Positions 48,661-62,444 of a stretch of DNA of 64,000 nucleotides are shown piece by piece. Position 1 is the first letter of the stretch. Every line of letters starts with the position of its first letter. A program made the position numbers and the translations under genes. A model generated the notes under the pieces. That model was not told the DNA's origin. It did no database searches and saw only the letters and a program-made list of their open reading frames with translations. This stretch comes from Raillietiella orientalis. Taxonomy: Eukaryota. Location: positions 2,976,001 to 3,040,000 of the forward strand of contig JAYWIR010000017.1 in the NCBI GenBank assembly GCA_036172245.1, written 5' to 3'.

Positions 48661-51099
48661 ATAGAGGCAAGCGTCGTTTCCCTCCCCTCCCCCCCTCTCT
48701 CCCCCTTGCAAGACGAGCGCCTTTTCGATTCATGCTTGCCCCGGTTCGGATCCCGATAACGTACCCTGCGCATCTGATGCTAATTTTTTTTTCAAAAAAA
48801 AATCCTTCCAATTCATCAGTTCTCCGCGACGCTTCCTCCGCAGCAGATAACCATGGCATCTCCGCTGCTTGGGATGCACGACGCAGACAGGGAACTGTTT
48901 TCAAACGCTTGGTTGGAAAGCACTCTTTGTTTTGTCTCTCCTTCCTTTCGCCTTTACCACGGTTCTCCTCGTCTCCCGGCTCGGAATTTTTTATGAGTGT
49001 GCGTGAGCGAGGACGCAAATCTTCCGATTGCATCCCCCATCCCGGATCTCACAGTTTCTTTCTTCGGCGTGTGTGCATCTGTTCTCCGTTACGGCGCGAG
49101 CCACGACCCATCTCACTACGGGACATCTGAATGAACATCCCATCGCACATGCACGGGTGTACACAAGAACACACCTGCTCAAAAACCGGATTGGCGACTC
49201 GACACTCAGGAGAAAGCAACATTCTTTTTTCTCTTTTTTTTTTTTGGAGGAGTGGGAGTGAGAGGAAGGGGAGAGAGAGTACTTTCAATTGCCTTGTGTT
49301 TAAACGCAGGTGACCTGTACTTTCGAACGTGAGGAATTCAGGATGACCCCAAAACACACAAAGAAAGATCCCCCGAAGCAGCATGATGAGATAGGGAGCA
49401 TTTCGTTGGCAATGGCGATGCACGTGTTCCTCTCAGGAAGGATGCGTCTCTTCCTGTCTTTCCGTCAACGTTTCTCAGGTCTCCGGAAAAGACGATCCCC
49501 GCACCCGGTGCCCGAGTTCAGATGGCAGCCATTCAGGTCCGTTACTTGTGGTGTTAAAACACCGTCGAGGAAACGGAAATTTCCTTTGGCCCTCGAGGCC
49601 CTCTGAAGCATCATCTGCATGAATTCTTTTCCTAAAGGGTTAGTCAGCGGATATCTCTGCAACACTATGGAAACCGCGGATGCAGCCCGCCATGCCATGA
49701 AAAGTCGATGTGAGATCGGCAGGATTTTCTGCACTGTGGAAAGATACCTTTGCACCATCGAAGCGTCCTTCTGTACTATGGAAACGGATGTACCATCAAC
49801 ACGACTTGCTGTTCTATCAAATAACCCTGTCAAGCCATCAAAACGGATGTGCTATCAAAGCGATCTTTCTGTCTATCAAAGCAACCGTGCCGAGAAGGAA
49901 GCAGCCAAGTGCGTGCATGGTTCCTGGAACATATCAGGTCTGATATCCTTAGTTACTAGCTACTATTTTTACTAGTGTGTTTTGCTTACATCGAGTTACT
50001 TCTAAGAACAAATCCATCCGTCCCTAATGCAGTAAGCTTTGCTTTTAGAGGAGATGAATTTCCAGCTGAAGAACATTTCAGAACTTTCCATTTTTTTTTT
50101 TTTTTTTTCTTCCTTCTGTGCTATCGGAGTTTCCTGTAATAAATTGGGTGAACAAGGGCAACCTGGAGATTGAGCCACGAAGCGGAAATTGTACTCGCTT
50201 CTAAAATTAATTCAGTACTTTCAGCTTTGTGTTATCAGTGGAAAAACAAAATGCTTTTTAATAATAAAACTTAGCTCTGGACGGAAATGAAGTGATGATG
50301 CTCGTTCAGCTGAAAATCATGAGATACGCTCCGTATATCCAAGGATGATTTTTCCCCATAAATCAATGAATCATTTGATAGTTTGCATGTTCAACTCCGG
50401 ATATTCGGCATAATCGCGGACAGCTTATCATTGGAATAACCTCGAATTATCAGAGGCCACGATTAATATAAAGTTCCTTGCCTCGGTGCCAAATAATCAT
50501 CGCTACATGCAAATTGCACGTGAAAACGGGAGAACGTAAGATGCTGTGCACGAGCATAATTCTTTTCGAAAGTACCAGTTGTTCTTGGCAACGCAGAAAA
50601 CAGTCGGAGGTTCGGCAAGTCTCTCCTCTGAAGGGCTGCGGCTGGAAAATCGAAATTTCCGTCCGGACATGGGATGAAAAAATCTACCCAGGCATCCTCC
50701 CTTCGATTTTCAAGATTTCGTCAAAACAATCCCAGTAGCACCATCAAAAAGTATCAGAGGCGAGTAACGAGATGCAACTTAAATACATAATGGTTGCCCC
50801 GAAGTAACCTTGGGAGACTCTAATGACGGGAAATTCTAAATTCATAGAGCGTACATACAAAATTCGTTGGGAAAAAGGCTTTCAGGAGAAGGAAAAAAAA
50901 TCCGGCCGCGTGTTGCAATTTTTCATTTAGGTTAACTACTTTCTCGACTGCACTGGAATAGGGAGGGACCGTGCTGGGGGAAGGGTGGATTCGGAGTCCT
51001 CGCAGATCAGCTCGATTCATTTACGGGCGATTGCCTCAAACCTGACTTCTGCCTAGCCTGCCGTATCTCTGTTTCACTCGCCTCCACCTTGGTGTTTTT

Positions 51100-51800
51100 C
51101 TCTGTACCCTCCTCCGCGAAATGCTGATTGACGAAATCCAAGAAGGCATTTTTCTTTGTGCTGGCATCCACGTTTATTTACTCACTGGTCCACCTCTGCC
51201 TGTCCTGTGCTCACCTGGAGAAGGGACTCTCGACGAATTCGCGCCTTGCTTCATTGAAATGTATACACACGTTATCGAATCAGAGAAATGGCAGACCCCG
51301 GTCGGAAACATGTAAATGCTCCAAAGGCTAATCAGAGAAAGCAGGAATGCTTTCAAAAGACCATCACGAAAATTTCCCATCATCAGTGCAAATTTTCCTT
51401 CATCCGGCTACTTTTCGCTTTCATGATTCGGCTTCTGACATCACTTTCATGAATTCTTTTGCAGCAACTGGCTTCCAGCTCGAGTTCAATACTTTCGGGA
51501 AGAGAGCTGAAATTTCACATAATCAGGTGTTGCCTACAGATGCATAGGATCGATCACATGATGAATGGGATGCCCCCGATTGTGCGTTGCTAAGCATCGG
51601 AAAGTGGTCCATCGTAAAACATCGGATCAGAGTCCCGTGCTTTCTTGTGCAGGGCAGCGTCCCATTTTGTGCGAAGAATGCAACCGAAGGAAGCGAGAAA
51701 CAAAGCAAAGCAGAGGATGGTGTTCCAAGCAAGGATCTCATTCGACTAGAAGGTTTCCTTGGTAACCCTCACGCTGCTTGAGGGAAACACGTGTAGAACG
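51100..51800 (+). mobile_element. Decayed L1-like RT N-terminal fragment
   Basis: IDEIQEGI...CSPGEG..DEFAPCFIEMY (EEIxxAI...KSPGxDG...EF...LxxMY) followed by CALLSIG (ALLSLD-like). Confidence 0.4.
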
Positions 51801-53949
51801 TGAGATGATTAGACATGGAGCAGTCACGAATGAACAGATGTTCTCTTGATGCCAAAGAATGCTGCTGAACTCGCAATCTGGACGTCGAGAGAATGAAAAC
51901 AGCATGCAAATGCTAGGGAAAAGATGATTACATTTGTTGATAAACTGACCCTTGGATTGTCCAAGTTTCCGTCCCTATTCCAAGTCGGAATGTTTGAAAA
52001 ATACCAAAAACTTTACAAGAGGAAAGTTTTGGCCTCCTGCTTTGGAAGAGAAAGTTGCCTGAAGGAACGCATGGAAGATGGCTTTAGAAGAGGTTGTAGC
52101 TGGGAAGATGAGGTGCCAAGATTAACTACAGCACTCGAGGAGAAAAGGAAGTTCCTTCATGGACATTGGGAATAGGTACGTTAACGGGAGAGCAAAGATG
52201 CTTGGTTTTCCAAAAATTAAGCCGACAGCTTTAATCCTGACTAACAGGAACAGCTTCTCGGAGACGCAGCCTGTATGAAGGAAATAAAAACTGAGACCCC
52301 AAATTTATCTGGAAGTCCAGAATGTATGCGGTCATTGAGATAAGAACTTGGAACGAAAATTCCAGGATCGAAACATCCCAAAGGAAGTTCTGGAAGATTG
52401 AAAAGAAACTCAAATAAAAATACGAGTACCAAAAAGCTGATTTGGGCATAACCGGCTGATGAGGAGTTCATGTGATCAAAACTGGGGGGAAATTGAGGGT
52501 GTTCTGAAAACTTTTTCAGATATAGGAAAAGCTTTTCCAACTATTTCTGCAAACACTTGCGATGCTTCAATCTTTTTTTTTTTTTATAGACCAAGGTGTT
52601 TATCTTGAAAAGTTGGAGCATCGAGAAACCCGGAACGGCACGAAACACAGAATGCGACAATGATACAGCATCCAGAAGCCTTCATGGACCATTGAAACGA
52701 GGGGATACGTGTTTTTTGCTTTGCTTTCTGGAAAAGTTTCGACTACACGAAGACTGGTTCAGGAGCAGACTCCTCGATGAAGTTGCTGCAAGCATTGAGA
52801 TCAACTGTTCTTCCCTGAAACAACAGTATCTGCTCTTGATAGCCAGGAATGATAATCTGATGCTTATTCCGCCGAATCAGTGCCTTCAGAGAAAGACATG
52901 GAGTGAAGACCTCGAGAACGATCTCATATAAAAGATGAAAACAATGTAAGATTGAGCTTGTTTCTAGAAGGTGAAGACATTGATAGATGGGAAAGGAAAA
53001 CCGACTCCCTGCAACAAAGAGAGATGATCACCTGCATTTATCGGGATGCCAGGATTTCTGAAAGCGGATGAAAGTCTGTGTGAACCTTGAAATTTGAGGA
53101 ACCGCGGACTTGAGGGAGGAGGAGCCTTGGGATTGTCTAGCAATGAGGAAACGAAACCAGGCGCGTGTCACATGAACCAAGTGTGCCAAGCGATTGATTC
53201 AGAAGCACAATCTGAAACCTTATTGCTGACCACAAGGTCACCACTACTGGGGTATGAGGATAGAGAACCTGTTGCTACTTTTTTCGTGTATGCGTCAGTC
53301 TCAGCCTGGGCGAGGATTCCAATGGAGCTGCCGGAGAAGCGATATCCAAAATCACGATTGCACTTGTAGCAGTTACTTGCACGCATTTTACTTTTTTTTT
53401 TTTGTCTACAAGGAATAAATTCTTTTTCCTGTGAAGGCACAGGTATAGGAAAAGAGATTTCTTGGAATCGAAGGGTAACCGTCGTTTTGCCAAAACAGAG
53501 CGTCCAAATAAAATAGAGCACCCAAGAAGCATATTTGCGGTGCATCTGGAGAATTCATTGGACAGCAATGTCCAGAGTAAGTTGCCTTGTATCCAAACGC
53601 CCGGCGAACCCTTCTTGTGGCAGCTTCATTTGCGAATTCTGCTGGCACTTGTGAGGGAACACGGCAATGGTTTAACCCTGAGGAGGAACTCCTTGTGATG
53701 GCAAAGCACGGCACGTTGAGTGATCCTATTAAAAACAGAATCCACTTGAATCGTGAGAGTCCGTCAGGAGCCCTCAGTCGCTTCGAAGGTCATTAAGCAG
53801 GACGGGTGTCATTCGTAAGCTCCAAAATAACCTCTCTTCGGCTTTGAACAAGCAACATTAGCATGCGGTGGTCATCTATGCAGTTTCCGAATGGAAGTTT
53901 CGTTGAAAAGAAAAAGAAAGGGAAACCACAGACTGTTGTCTGGATGAAA

Positions 53950-54800
53950 AGCTTCAGAGAGATTAGTTTGTCGGCATGCGTCTAGCTCTGGGTCGTGGTT
54001 GTGAAGAGAGAGTTATCGTGTATTCTCCTTTGAAGCACGGAATATCACAGAATGAAAAAGCTGTTTTCTTTGTGTGACGCTTGCATATGATCAGTCTAAT
54101 GAACTTGATTGGCAGCCTGACAGCAAGAGTTGGTTGTGTCTTTGGCTTCGCATCGGCAACCAGCTCCAGAATAACTTCTTCCCCGACGACTTCTCCTCGT
54201 CTATCTATTAGACGGAGTACTGCAGGACTCGGCAAGGTGGTGAAGTCAGGCTGCCACACGTCTTGCTGTAGAGCTGTCTGTTTTAAGGGAAAGAGACGAC
54301 AGTTGCCTAGCTGCAAGGCGGTAGCTCTCTTGAACCATTGCAAAAAAGGCCAAACTCCTGGGAGGCTGGTAGACGCGCAAGCTGATGGATACCGCCACTC
54401 CGCGTATCCAGGCTAAGGGACTCCTTCGGTAGGGCAACTTCTCAGTATTGCCCCCTGAAAAACTTGTGACGTCTCCCTTTTGTTGGAACACCTCGGTGTT
54501 TCCGATAAAGTGAAAGCACAAGGTGCTTCTGTTTTTGCATTAGGGAGTCCAGTGCAATCAGCCCCGGCACCTCGCCTTCGAGGTAACTGCATCCGGACCG
54601 TTGCAGGTCGGCGAAATCGATCCCACACCCGCTTTTCGACTGCTGTGGACTCTCTCGGACATTGGAGTAAGCTGGCTTAAGCACTCCAAAACCAAGAAAA
54701 CACCGCTCCTGACCTGCTGAGGAGATTCTTCGCGCGCGGCGGACTCGTGACAGGCTCAGTGATCTCAGCGAGAAGTTGAGTCCGTGCCATCGTCACGGCC
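53950..54800 (-). mobile_element. Decayed non-LTR RT fragment, clade uncertain
   Basis: Minus frames show ISSAGQERCF, CGIDFADL and GNTEKLPYRRSP in RT order. Weak similarity only. Confidence 0.3.
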
Positions 54801-55109
54801 CACCGTGTCTTGCAGACGCAAGCACAGAAAAGTGAGACCACCCACATGGCAGCTTCCTACACGAGGACAGCTTATGGGTGGCTTCATCTAGAAGAGAAAG
54901 GTAGTGCGGAGATCGACAGCATTCAGATCTAGTTCCAAAAGGAACAGTCGAAACCGGCGACCCTTGTTTCCAGCCTTCCCCTTTCATTTATTTATTTATT
55001 GTCCCATCCTTCCCACTCTGGACTTTTCCCGGTGCTTGAAGGAGGAACGGGAAGAGCCAAAGATTCCTGATCCTGTCTTCCTGTCTTTTCTTATTTATTT
55101 ATCGCTCCC

Positions 55110-55620
55110 TCCCGCTCCGGACTTCTAGAATGGTTGACCTGAGTGTCAGCGAACCCTCTCTTTGAACTTGTTCGCTTTCGATCGGGAACTCTGCTCCCAG
55201 ATTGTTTGTTCTTTTAAGATAAACTCCCCGGAATGACTTGGTGATAAAAATCCTCTGGCGTGTAGTTGGCTTCAAGAGAAGGGAGTCCCTGTCCCTTACA
55301 GCTGCTTCAGGCTTCCCGCTGAGGTAGATGGCCCTCTTGCTGTAAGGAAAACCGATGGTTCCTCTATGCATGTCGGCAACCAATGCAAAGATAGCGGAAA
55401 TGAAACCAGAGGGACCCCGTCGCGGATATACCGTCGAGCAGACGATGCACGATCCGAAGAAGTCTCCTGCACCCTCTGCGCTCTCTCCCCCAAGGAAAAG
55501 AAATGACAGAGGCAACCTGAACGGTGGCAGTTCTTCATAGGAGCATTTGAAAGTTCACAAGAAGGACATTTTTTGAGGAGCTTGAGGACATCGTACGGGG
55601 TTTTTTCGGAGAACGGACAG
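55110..55620 (-). mobile_element. Distant copy of the ORF1-tail repeat
   Basis: Collinear short DNA matches to copy A: GAGGAACCATCGGTTTCCTTAC vs GAGGAAACGAGTTGTTTCCTTAC, and GGACAGGGACTCCCTTC vs GGGACGGACTCCTTC. GSLTLR compares with GALTLR in copy C. Confidence 0.35.
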
Positions 55621-57711
55621 CTGCCTGGGCTGACCACTTCTAGCGCATGAGCTCAAGGCCGCCTGCTCTAAGCAGAGTTACGGACAGACCCTGCTCAACA
55701 GAAACTGGTGATCTCTTCTCACCATTGTGCCCAGGAAACTCCGTGATTCCCTTCCTCATGAAGCAAACGACTCAGCTCCTTCTGTTCCGAGGAATCATGT
55801 GCAGTATGAACTGCCGTCACTGATGAAGAGAGAGGAGGAGGAAGTTTGCCCAAACTATGCAAGTTACGGATGGTAGTGGAATCTCTCCTTCAAAGTGACT
55901 TTTGCGATTTCCAAGTCCATGATTCCAGAATCCAGAGGCTCTTCTGGGTTCATGCCAGACAGCCAAGGCGACCGAGACGTTGCTTTCCATGTGCTTCCGA
56001 TTTGGTGCTTCACGAGTTGCTGCTGAACTAAAAGCGAAACCCCTCGTACAGGAGATTTCCGGGATGCTGACGCAGGAAATCTTTCTCCAACTTTCCTTGT
56101 ACTCTTCGTGCAAGTGCTCGAAGCCATTCGTAGGAGCGAAGGTTGAGCGCGAGGCCTCGGAATCAGCTGGCGATTTTCTTCGGAAAGATTCCACGGAGGA
56201 GGCTGTTCCAGAGTCTTCAACGAAACGCCACAAATATTTCCAACCGGAGGGAAGTTTTCCCTTTGAATCTGCCTCCGGTAATTCCAGGAACCTGTTGACG
56301 ATCTCTCCCGAGTGCACGGGATTCATTGATTTCGGAATCTCCAGCGTCTTTACAGCACCTTCATTTGCTTTCTTTGTTGGAGAGGATTACGGACCAGTGG
56401 TACGGCATTGAGTCGTTTTTTCTGAATGGGGTGATTCAAGGTGTGGTGCGACCCGCACGTCAAAGCAGAAAGCTGTAGCGAAAGCAAAATGTTTGGATGG
56501 CTGGACAAGACAGTTGCTAGGAGAAAGAAGCTTGTCTATGTCATCTCTGAGAGACCTGCTCTGTCTTCATAACCGATGCGAAAAGGTTGCTGTTCAAACA
56601 AGAAGAATCGCGGGAGGAAGGACAAGGATAAAACTTTGAAATTTCAGGAGAGGAATTTTCTCGAAAATCGAGAGGGTCACTTGAAGGGATTTCAAGAACT
56701 TCTTTCGCTTGACCGGGATGTGATGCTATTTAAGCCATAGCCGTTTTCTGCTCTTGTCAGAGGGAGGGTTCTCAACCAGCGAAAGATCCCGACAGTTCGC
56801 AGGAGCACGGAAGAGAGGATGCAGGGGGGAAAGAGAGCACACCTGACTGCGAGCTAAACCTCCTCCCAAAGCCTGAGCGATGCGTCTTCTTACCATTTAA
56901 GAAAGGACCGAGATCATGCTGGAAAAGTCCTCTTTTCAAAGCCCCAGGAGCTGCGCTCCGGATTTCCGGAAGACGTTTGAAGTCAAGCGGGAAGTCGAGA
57001 CAAAGAGTCCGAGCTCTCGTGTAGTCACAAACGCACCATCGTGCAGTGTGGTCTCGAAAAAAAAAAAACAACAACCTGGAGGACCGACTCGAGAAAGAAG
57101 TACTTTGCTGATGTCTTTCTGCCCTTTCATTGCAAACCTATCAAAAACTAAGACCCCGGGGTCCTCGGAAAGATGAAGGAAAAGAACGAACTGATGCAAG
57201 AACTCTTGCTTCTCTATGCAACCAGCAGGAGTGCTGTTCAACAGGAGAGCCACGAATTTTTTTTTTTCCATTTCTTGTGTTTTCCTCCTCCCACCACGAT
57301 CGTGGAGGGTGCTTTCGTTGTAAACACGTGCGGGAACGTTACGACTGTCGTGATCCACGTGGATAACAAATGTATTTGTCGGAGGAAGCTTCGGCCATGA
57401 TCGTCCAACCGGTCATGAAAATTTTGGTGCAGCTTTTAGGGATTGTTCGAGACGGGCAGGGGATGATCAAAGTTTCCGACTTTCATCTGTGATGACACGG
57501 AATCGTGTGGAGAGTCTTCTCCCTTTTGTTTCCGGTGAGATTATTGATAAACAGCATCCCTAATTGCGAACCACAAGATGTGTGTTCTTTCCGCAGATCC
57601 TATCCTTGATCTCGATGCGAGTGCAAAATCCCGCAGAACTCTCAGAACTGGGATGATTTGTCCCAAGCGTCTCTCAAGATTCAAACGGTTTGTTTTTTTG
57701 TGATCTGAGTG

Positions 57712-58045
57712 GGTTGACACCCGGTTGCTCTGGGGCGTGTGCTTATATAAAAAATAAGCATACAAGTCAGTGGCAGGACGCTTGGTCCTGCCACGTTACA
57801 AAAAGAAGCCTGCCGAGAGCCAGTACACAGGCCAGCGAGGTTCAGCAGAAGGGGAGAGGAAACAACAAAAAAAGAAGAAAAAAAAATATGGTTGTTGGGA
57901 AGGTTCAGAAAGGGATCCACCGGGTGCTGGGGGGCGTCCTATGCATCCTATGCAGGATGCCAGTAAGTTCCTGTTTTAAGGTTCCTAGATGGGACCATTT
58001 TAACACTATCCTCATGAAGAGGACGGCTTAAATAGACGGCGTTGT
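57712..58045 (-). mobile_element. Short 3'-end copy of the L1/Tx1-like family
   Basis: Collinear DNA match over ~330 bp to 39431-39790, including a perfect 10-bp-stem hairpin at 57770-57794. Confidence 0.85.
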
Positions 58046-59849
58046 TCGATGGAGCAGTAATCCGATTGGGAGAACCTAGGTTTCCTGCAGCACGATGATT
58101 CCTCTCACCCAGAGCGGAACCGGCCAGGATCCTTGCTTGAGGATCGAATGATTCTGAAATAATTAGCGGATCCGCTAATTCTCTTCCTGCTTGTTCCTCT
58201 TCCGGGAAGGGCATGGCGCTGCAGCCATCCTTGGTTGCACTTTGTTGGCCCAGTCGGCTCCAGAAATGTGCACTTAGCCCTGACGAAAGTGCACATCAGT
58301 TATCATAATTTCGTTATCTTCGTTTCGAGAGTCCGACGTTCTTTTCCACGTGAAGCACATCGTAAATTCGCTGCTTATGAATTCGCGTTGCGTTCGAAAG
58401 TTGTTGGAACCTCGATAGGGCATAAATGCGCAAGAGAGACACTTTCACAGAGAAATAAAAATCTCTGGAGCGGGCATCAAAGTTTGCGGACTTCCGAGGG
58501 AGGCAGCTCAAAGGCAGAGAAATTCTTCTTGGAAACCTGCATCGCATGCACTTTCAGCAGCGAGGGGCTGCAAAAAAAAAAAAAAATGAAAAGAAATGCA
58601 TCCACGTTCAGTGAACCGCTGTCAGTCAGCAGCGGATGCAAGACAAAAATCGGGCTCTTTAAACTGGTGTAATCAGAAGAGGTAGATGATTAACAAACAT
58701 CCAACAGGCCAACTATTCAGCAGGGGTTTTCTGTATTCAGATACGCTTGTTTCTGTGACCTTCGAGGTCACGCATCTAATTAGGAGAAACGCGACAAGAA
58801 GCGCAAAAGTGCTTCTTGTGAGTCGAATCTACACTTAGATAGCGTCGTGCAAGATTAGTTCCAGCTTCTTTTGACCAAGAGCCGGTCGTTCTGGCAACCG
58901 AACAGCACTGTGCTTTTTCTAAAAAAAGCAAAATCAAGTGATCCACATCGTATTTTTGATTCGTTTCGTTCTTTTCTGGAATTTCCTCAACTCTACGAAC
59001 TGTTGGATAGACAACTACTTAATATTATACATACCTTAACGAAAAGGTATGTACAGTTCCACTTTTCAGTACTCCAGAAAGTGGCTGATGATTCAGCTTG
59101 GATTCACGGGCCGCTTGACAGCCCATCTCCCGACTCGCACAGGGTCGCAGATAGGCACCTGCAAGAAGATTCATTCATTCGATGATGAGGAGATCCAGGA
59201 CGATGACGCGAACCCAGTCTAGGACCAAGGCGGTGCAAACACCGGAAACTCGACGCAAGCATGCCAACTCCCACCTCTTCCCAAAACTTCTTCCTGGGAC
59301 TTCAGCACTTCCGGCTCTCCCTGTGCCGCCGCCAGCTAAGCGACAAACCCGCGAAGCAGCGGAGACTTTCCAGCTATCGAAAGAGAACGCGGCAGTCTGT
59401 AGAAATTTTCCTGCAGCCTCATATTCCCTTGACGGAATCACACGGGTTCCAGCTGCTCAACAACAGAGGATTCACTGCGATCCCGTTCCTCCAAGAGCTG
59501 GCTTCAGCAGTCACCCTCTTCCTTCGGACCTGGGGTAATGTCGCGCATATGCGATGGAATCTGCTCCTTTGGGAAAAAAAGTAAAAAAGCGGCGGAGAGG
59601 GAGGAGAGGGGGTGGCCTTCTCCTGATATCCCTTCTTCATCTCGCTTCATCTCAGACCGCACACCCGACAACGCCTTTGCCGCCCGCTCACGCCAGAATT
59701 CATTTCCGCCTCAGGATGCAAGCCGGTTCCACCTGAATCGCTACTGTTGCTATTCCGGCGGTCAGCTCTCTTATCCACGACAGTCCTCGATTCCCTCCCA
59801 ACCCTCACACTCCTTTCGGAGGAACAATCGTCTAGGATTGCAGAACTTC

Positions 59850-62195
59850 TTACGGAAGGCTCACTCTCTCAATTATCACGTGAATGCTCGTAAAATTTGT
59901 TAGGACGCTGGTAAACGAAGCATCTTTCCTGCCCGTTCGTTCCCGTCGTTTACCCCGAGGAGAGTTGCAAGGAATTTCCTGAGAGTGCTGGCGGAAATCC
60001 CAGAATGGCACGTCCTCTTGTGAATACCTTCTCATTCCGCTACCATTCCTCCGTTTCAAAAGCCAGCTGAAAATACCGGAGCGCGTCTCAACTTTGCCAC
60101 CCGATGCAGCACGCAGACCAGAAGAGGCTGTGAGGCCTGAATTTCGCTGCAGCAGAAATATCGAGGATCCGCGTCCATGGACCGAACAGAGAGATTTCTT
60201 ATTGCCCTCTTCGAGGTTCCCAAGCATGCCACAGGCGCACGCAAGGAGGACTCGTCTCCCTGGGCGTCACGATGGCTCAGCATCCAGCGGACACCTTCGA
60301 TGGATTGTCAGCTTTGCCGCAATTTTGATCTTTTGTGGAGCAGCCTTCTGCACGAAGGCTCGCCTGCTGGTTGCCTTGAAGTTCCCCACCTGGGACACGT
60401 CGTTCACGCGAGCCGCTCGCTATGAATTGCGCACACTTTCGACCGGTGGCACGCACTCCAGCTACGGTGCCGAGGACACCATCTTTCGCAAGTGCTGGCA
60501 ACTGGTGGTCGATGTGGAAGGCCACGTGAACAGCTCTTCGATTTGAGAGATGCGGACCGTTGAGGTGCTCCCGTAACAGTGGGAAACTGCCACGTGCAAA
60601 GGTCAGCTGTACAGGATAACGGGACGCTCACCTCCTCCGCCCTCTGCTCTTTGTTTGCCCGCTCCCCTCCTCGACCAAGCTCCGAGTGCAACGCCTGTTG
60701 CGAAACGCGCTGTGGGGACCTGCGAGGTCCGGGATTCTCCTCAAGGACTTGGCGGCTCCGCGACGGGATGTCGCATTGGGATCCCGACGTTGGAGAGAAT
60801 CGGACTGCAAGTGCAGTTTCGAATGCTGGCACTCTGTGTCAAGCTGTGGACTTCCTCGATGTGTGCAATTGATTGCGTGCATCATCCTACGGAGATGGGC
60901 CGGCAACGAAGGACTGCTCTCACTGCTGCCGAACACTCATAATAGGATGCGAACATTCGACTTCTCCCTGAGGCAACTCGTCTCTCTAGTGGAAGCCCAA
61001 CCGTGGATCTCCTGCCGCCCAATAAACAACGCTTGGCGGAAGGAGTCTATTGAATCGTGGGTCCCATTTCATGGAATAAGCCCTGAAGATGTTTAACCCC
61101 TTCGGCATCTCCTATCTAGACCTAAGGAAGTGATAATGCAGAACACAGACAAGTGGTCGGCCCTCGCCGGCATCCCCTTTGCCGCAGCGCTGTCTGCCCT
61201 CAGGACAAGAGAAGACAGTAGCCTACAGGAGAGGTGAGAGTTTTCCTGCACTATCTCGGGAACTACGAAACACTTGGGTGGCTGGAAGGAGCGCGAGTTA
61301 ACAGATGCTACCACTCCACGGACAACTGCTGCGAGACTTCTTCGGTGGTGCGGACAGTTGAGTGTCGCTTCCGAAGAACTAGTGGTCCCGCCAAACTGGG
61401 TGAACGCATCAGTGTACCCGCTTAGTTGGAGACAGGACATGCTGCTGCTTCTGCACTGGGGATTCCAGTGCAACGAGCGGCGGCATCGTGTATCCGGTGG
61501 GATTGCTTTCCCTAACCGTGCCAGATACAAGTCGACGGTTTCCGCATCTGCTTTTGGACTGCGGTGTCCCCCGAGAACTGTGGCCGAGGCTGGCAGCAAC
61601 ACTCCTGCACCAGGAGCACACCGCTCGAGATGTGCTGCGACGGTTCTTCGCACCGAGAGGGCTCTCAACTGGTGCGGTGATCACAACCATGGGTCGCATC
61701 CACCCCATTGCCACGGCCCGGCGTACTGGAGACCATCATGCAGCGGAGAGGGAGGTCACCACGATAGCAGCCACCTACATGAGAGCGACTGCAAGGCGGC
61801 CTCACCTAGAAGAGGCGAAGGAGATCACCGGCATACAGAGCCGGTTGGTAGATCGTTAGGAACGCTCGACTCCGATGGCCCTGATCCCTTGCCTCCCTTT
61901 ATTTAGTTATTTCTGTTCCCTATCTCTTTTCGCTCTGCAATTTTCCCGGTGTTTTTTTCTTTTCATCCCGATGCGCGCAGGGAGACTCCAAAGATCTCTG
62001 CCCCATCTTACCCAATTCAATTTATTTTTGTTGTCGCTTTGTCCCTCCCCCGTTTCGGAATGTCAATTATACTGGTCTACGTGCCCGTGGATTCTCCGCT
62101 TTGTTTTTTTTGTTGTCTTAGGTTATGAACCAGATTGTCCCCAACTAGTCTAATTTTTTTTCTAAAATAAGCGTCCCGGCTTGACTGGGTAACAA
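59850..62195 (+). mobile_element. Decayed L1/Tx1-like ORF2 (RT to zf-RVT) with 3' UTR
   Basis: In order: CWRK (NWRP-like), RNIED, EPLA, SYGAEDT (YADD-like), PLSWRQDMLLLLHWGFQCNER, PHLLLDC...RELW. Then a T-rich UTR and AATAAG-CGTCCCGGCTTGACTGGGT, resembling the family 3' end. Confidence 0.7.
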
Positions 62196-62444
62196 ACTTT
62201 CCTCAGGGAGCGGCTACCAAAAGTAAGCGGCCACAGTCACCGGTCGTTAAACCGGATGACTTCTGTCACTGTCCAAAAAGTACCTGCTAGCTTTTCCCGA
62301 AACGAAATCCTCTTGGCTAACCGATAACGCATCAGGACTCGATTGCAATCGGAGGAAAGAACGAGGAAAAGTCCAAGAAGCTTGATGAGCTCCCGGAAAG
62401 CAGGAGAACACCTCTCGCTCCATCTTCCCATCTTCCTCCTTTCC

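Noticed and set aside
49500..49800. BEL/Pao-like motifs (ENPAD, GPEWL) on the minus strand
   Set aside because: Spacing is much longer than expected, the region contains short degenerate repeats, and no other LTR-element motif or LTR is visible.
51900..53050. Possible host exons (acceptor-like site near 52590; similar cases at 35480-36480 and 3240-3580)
   Set aside because: Protein-like in places but interrupted by stops, with no recognisable domain or second copy to support a call.
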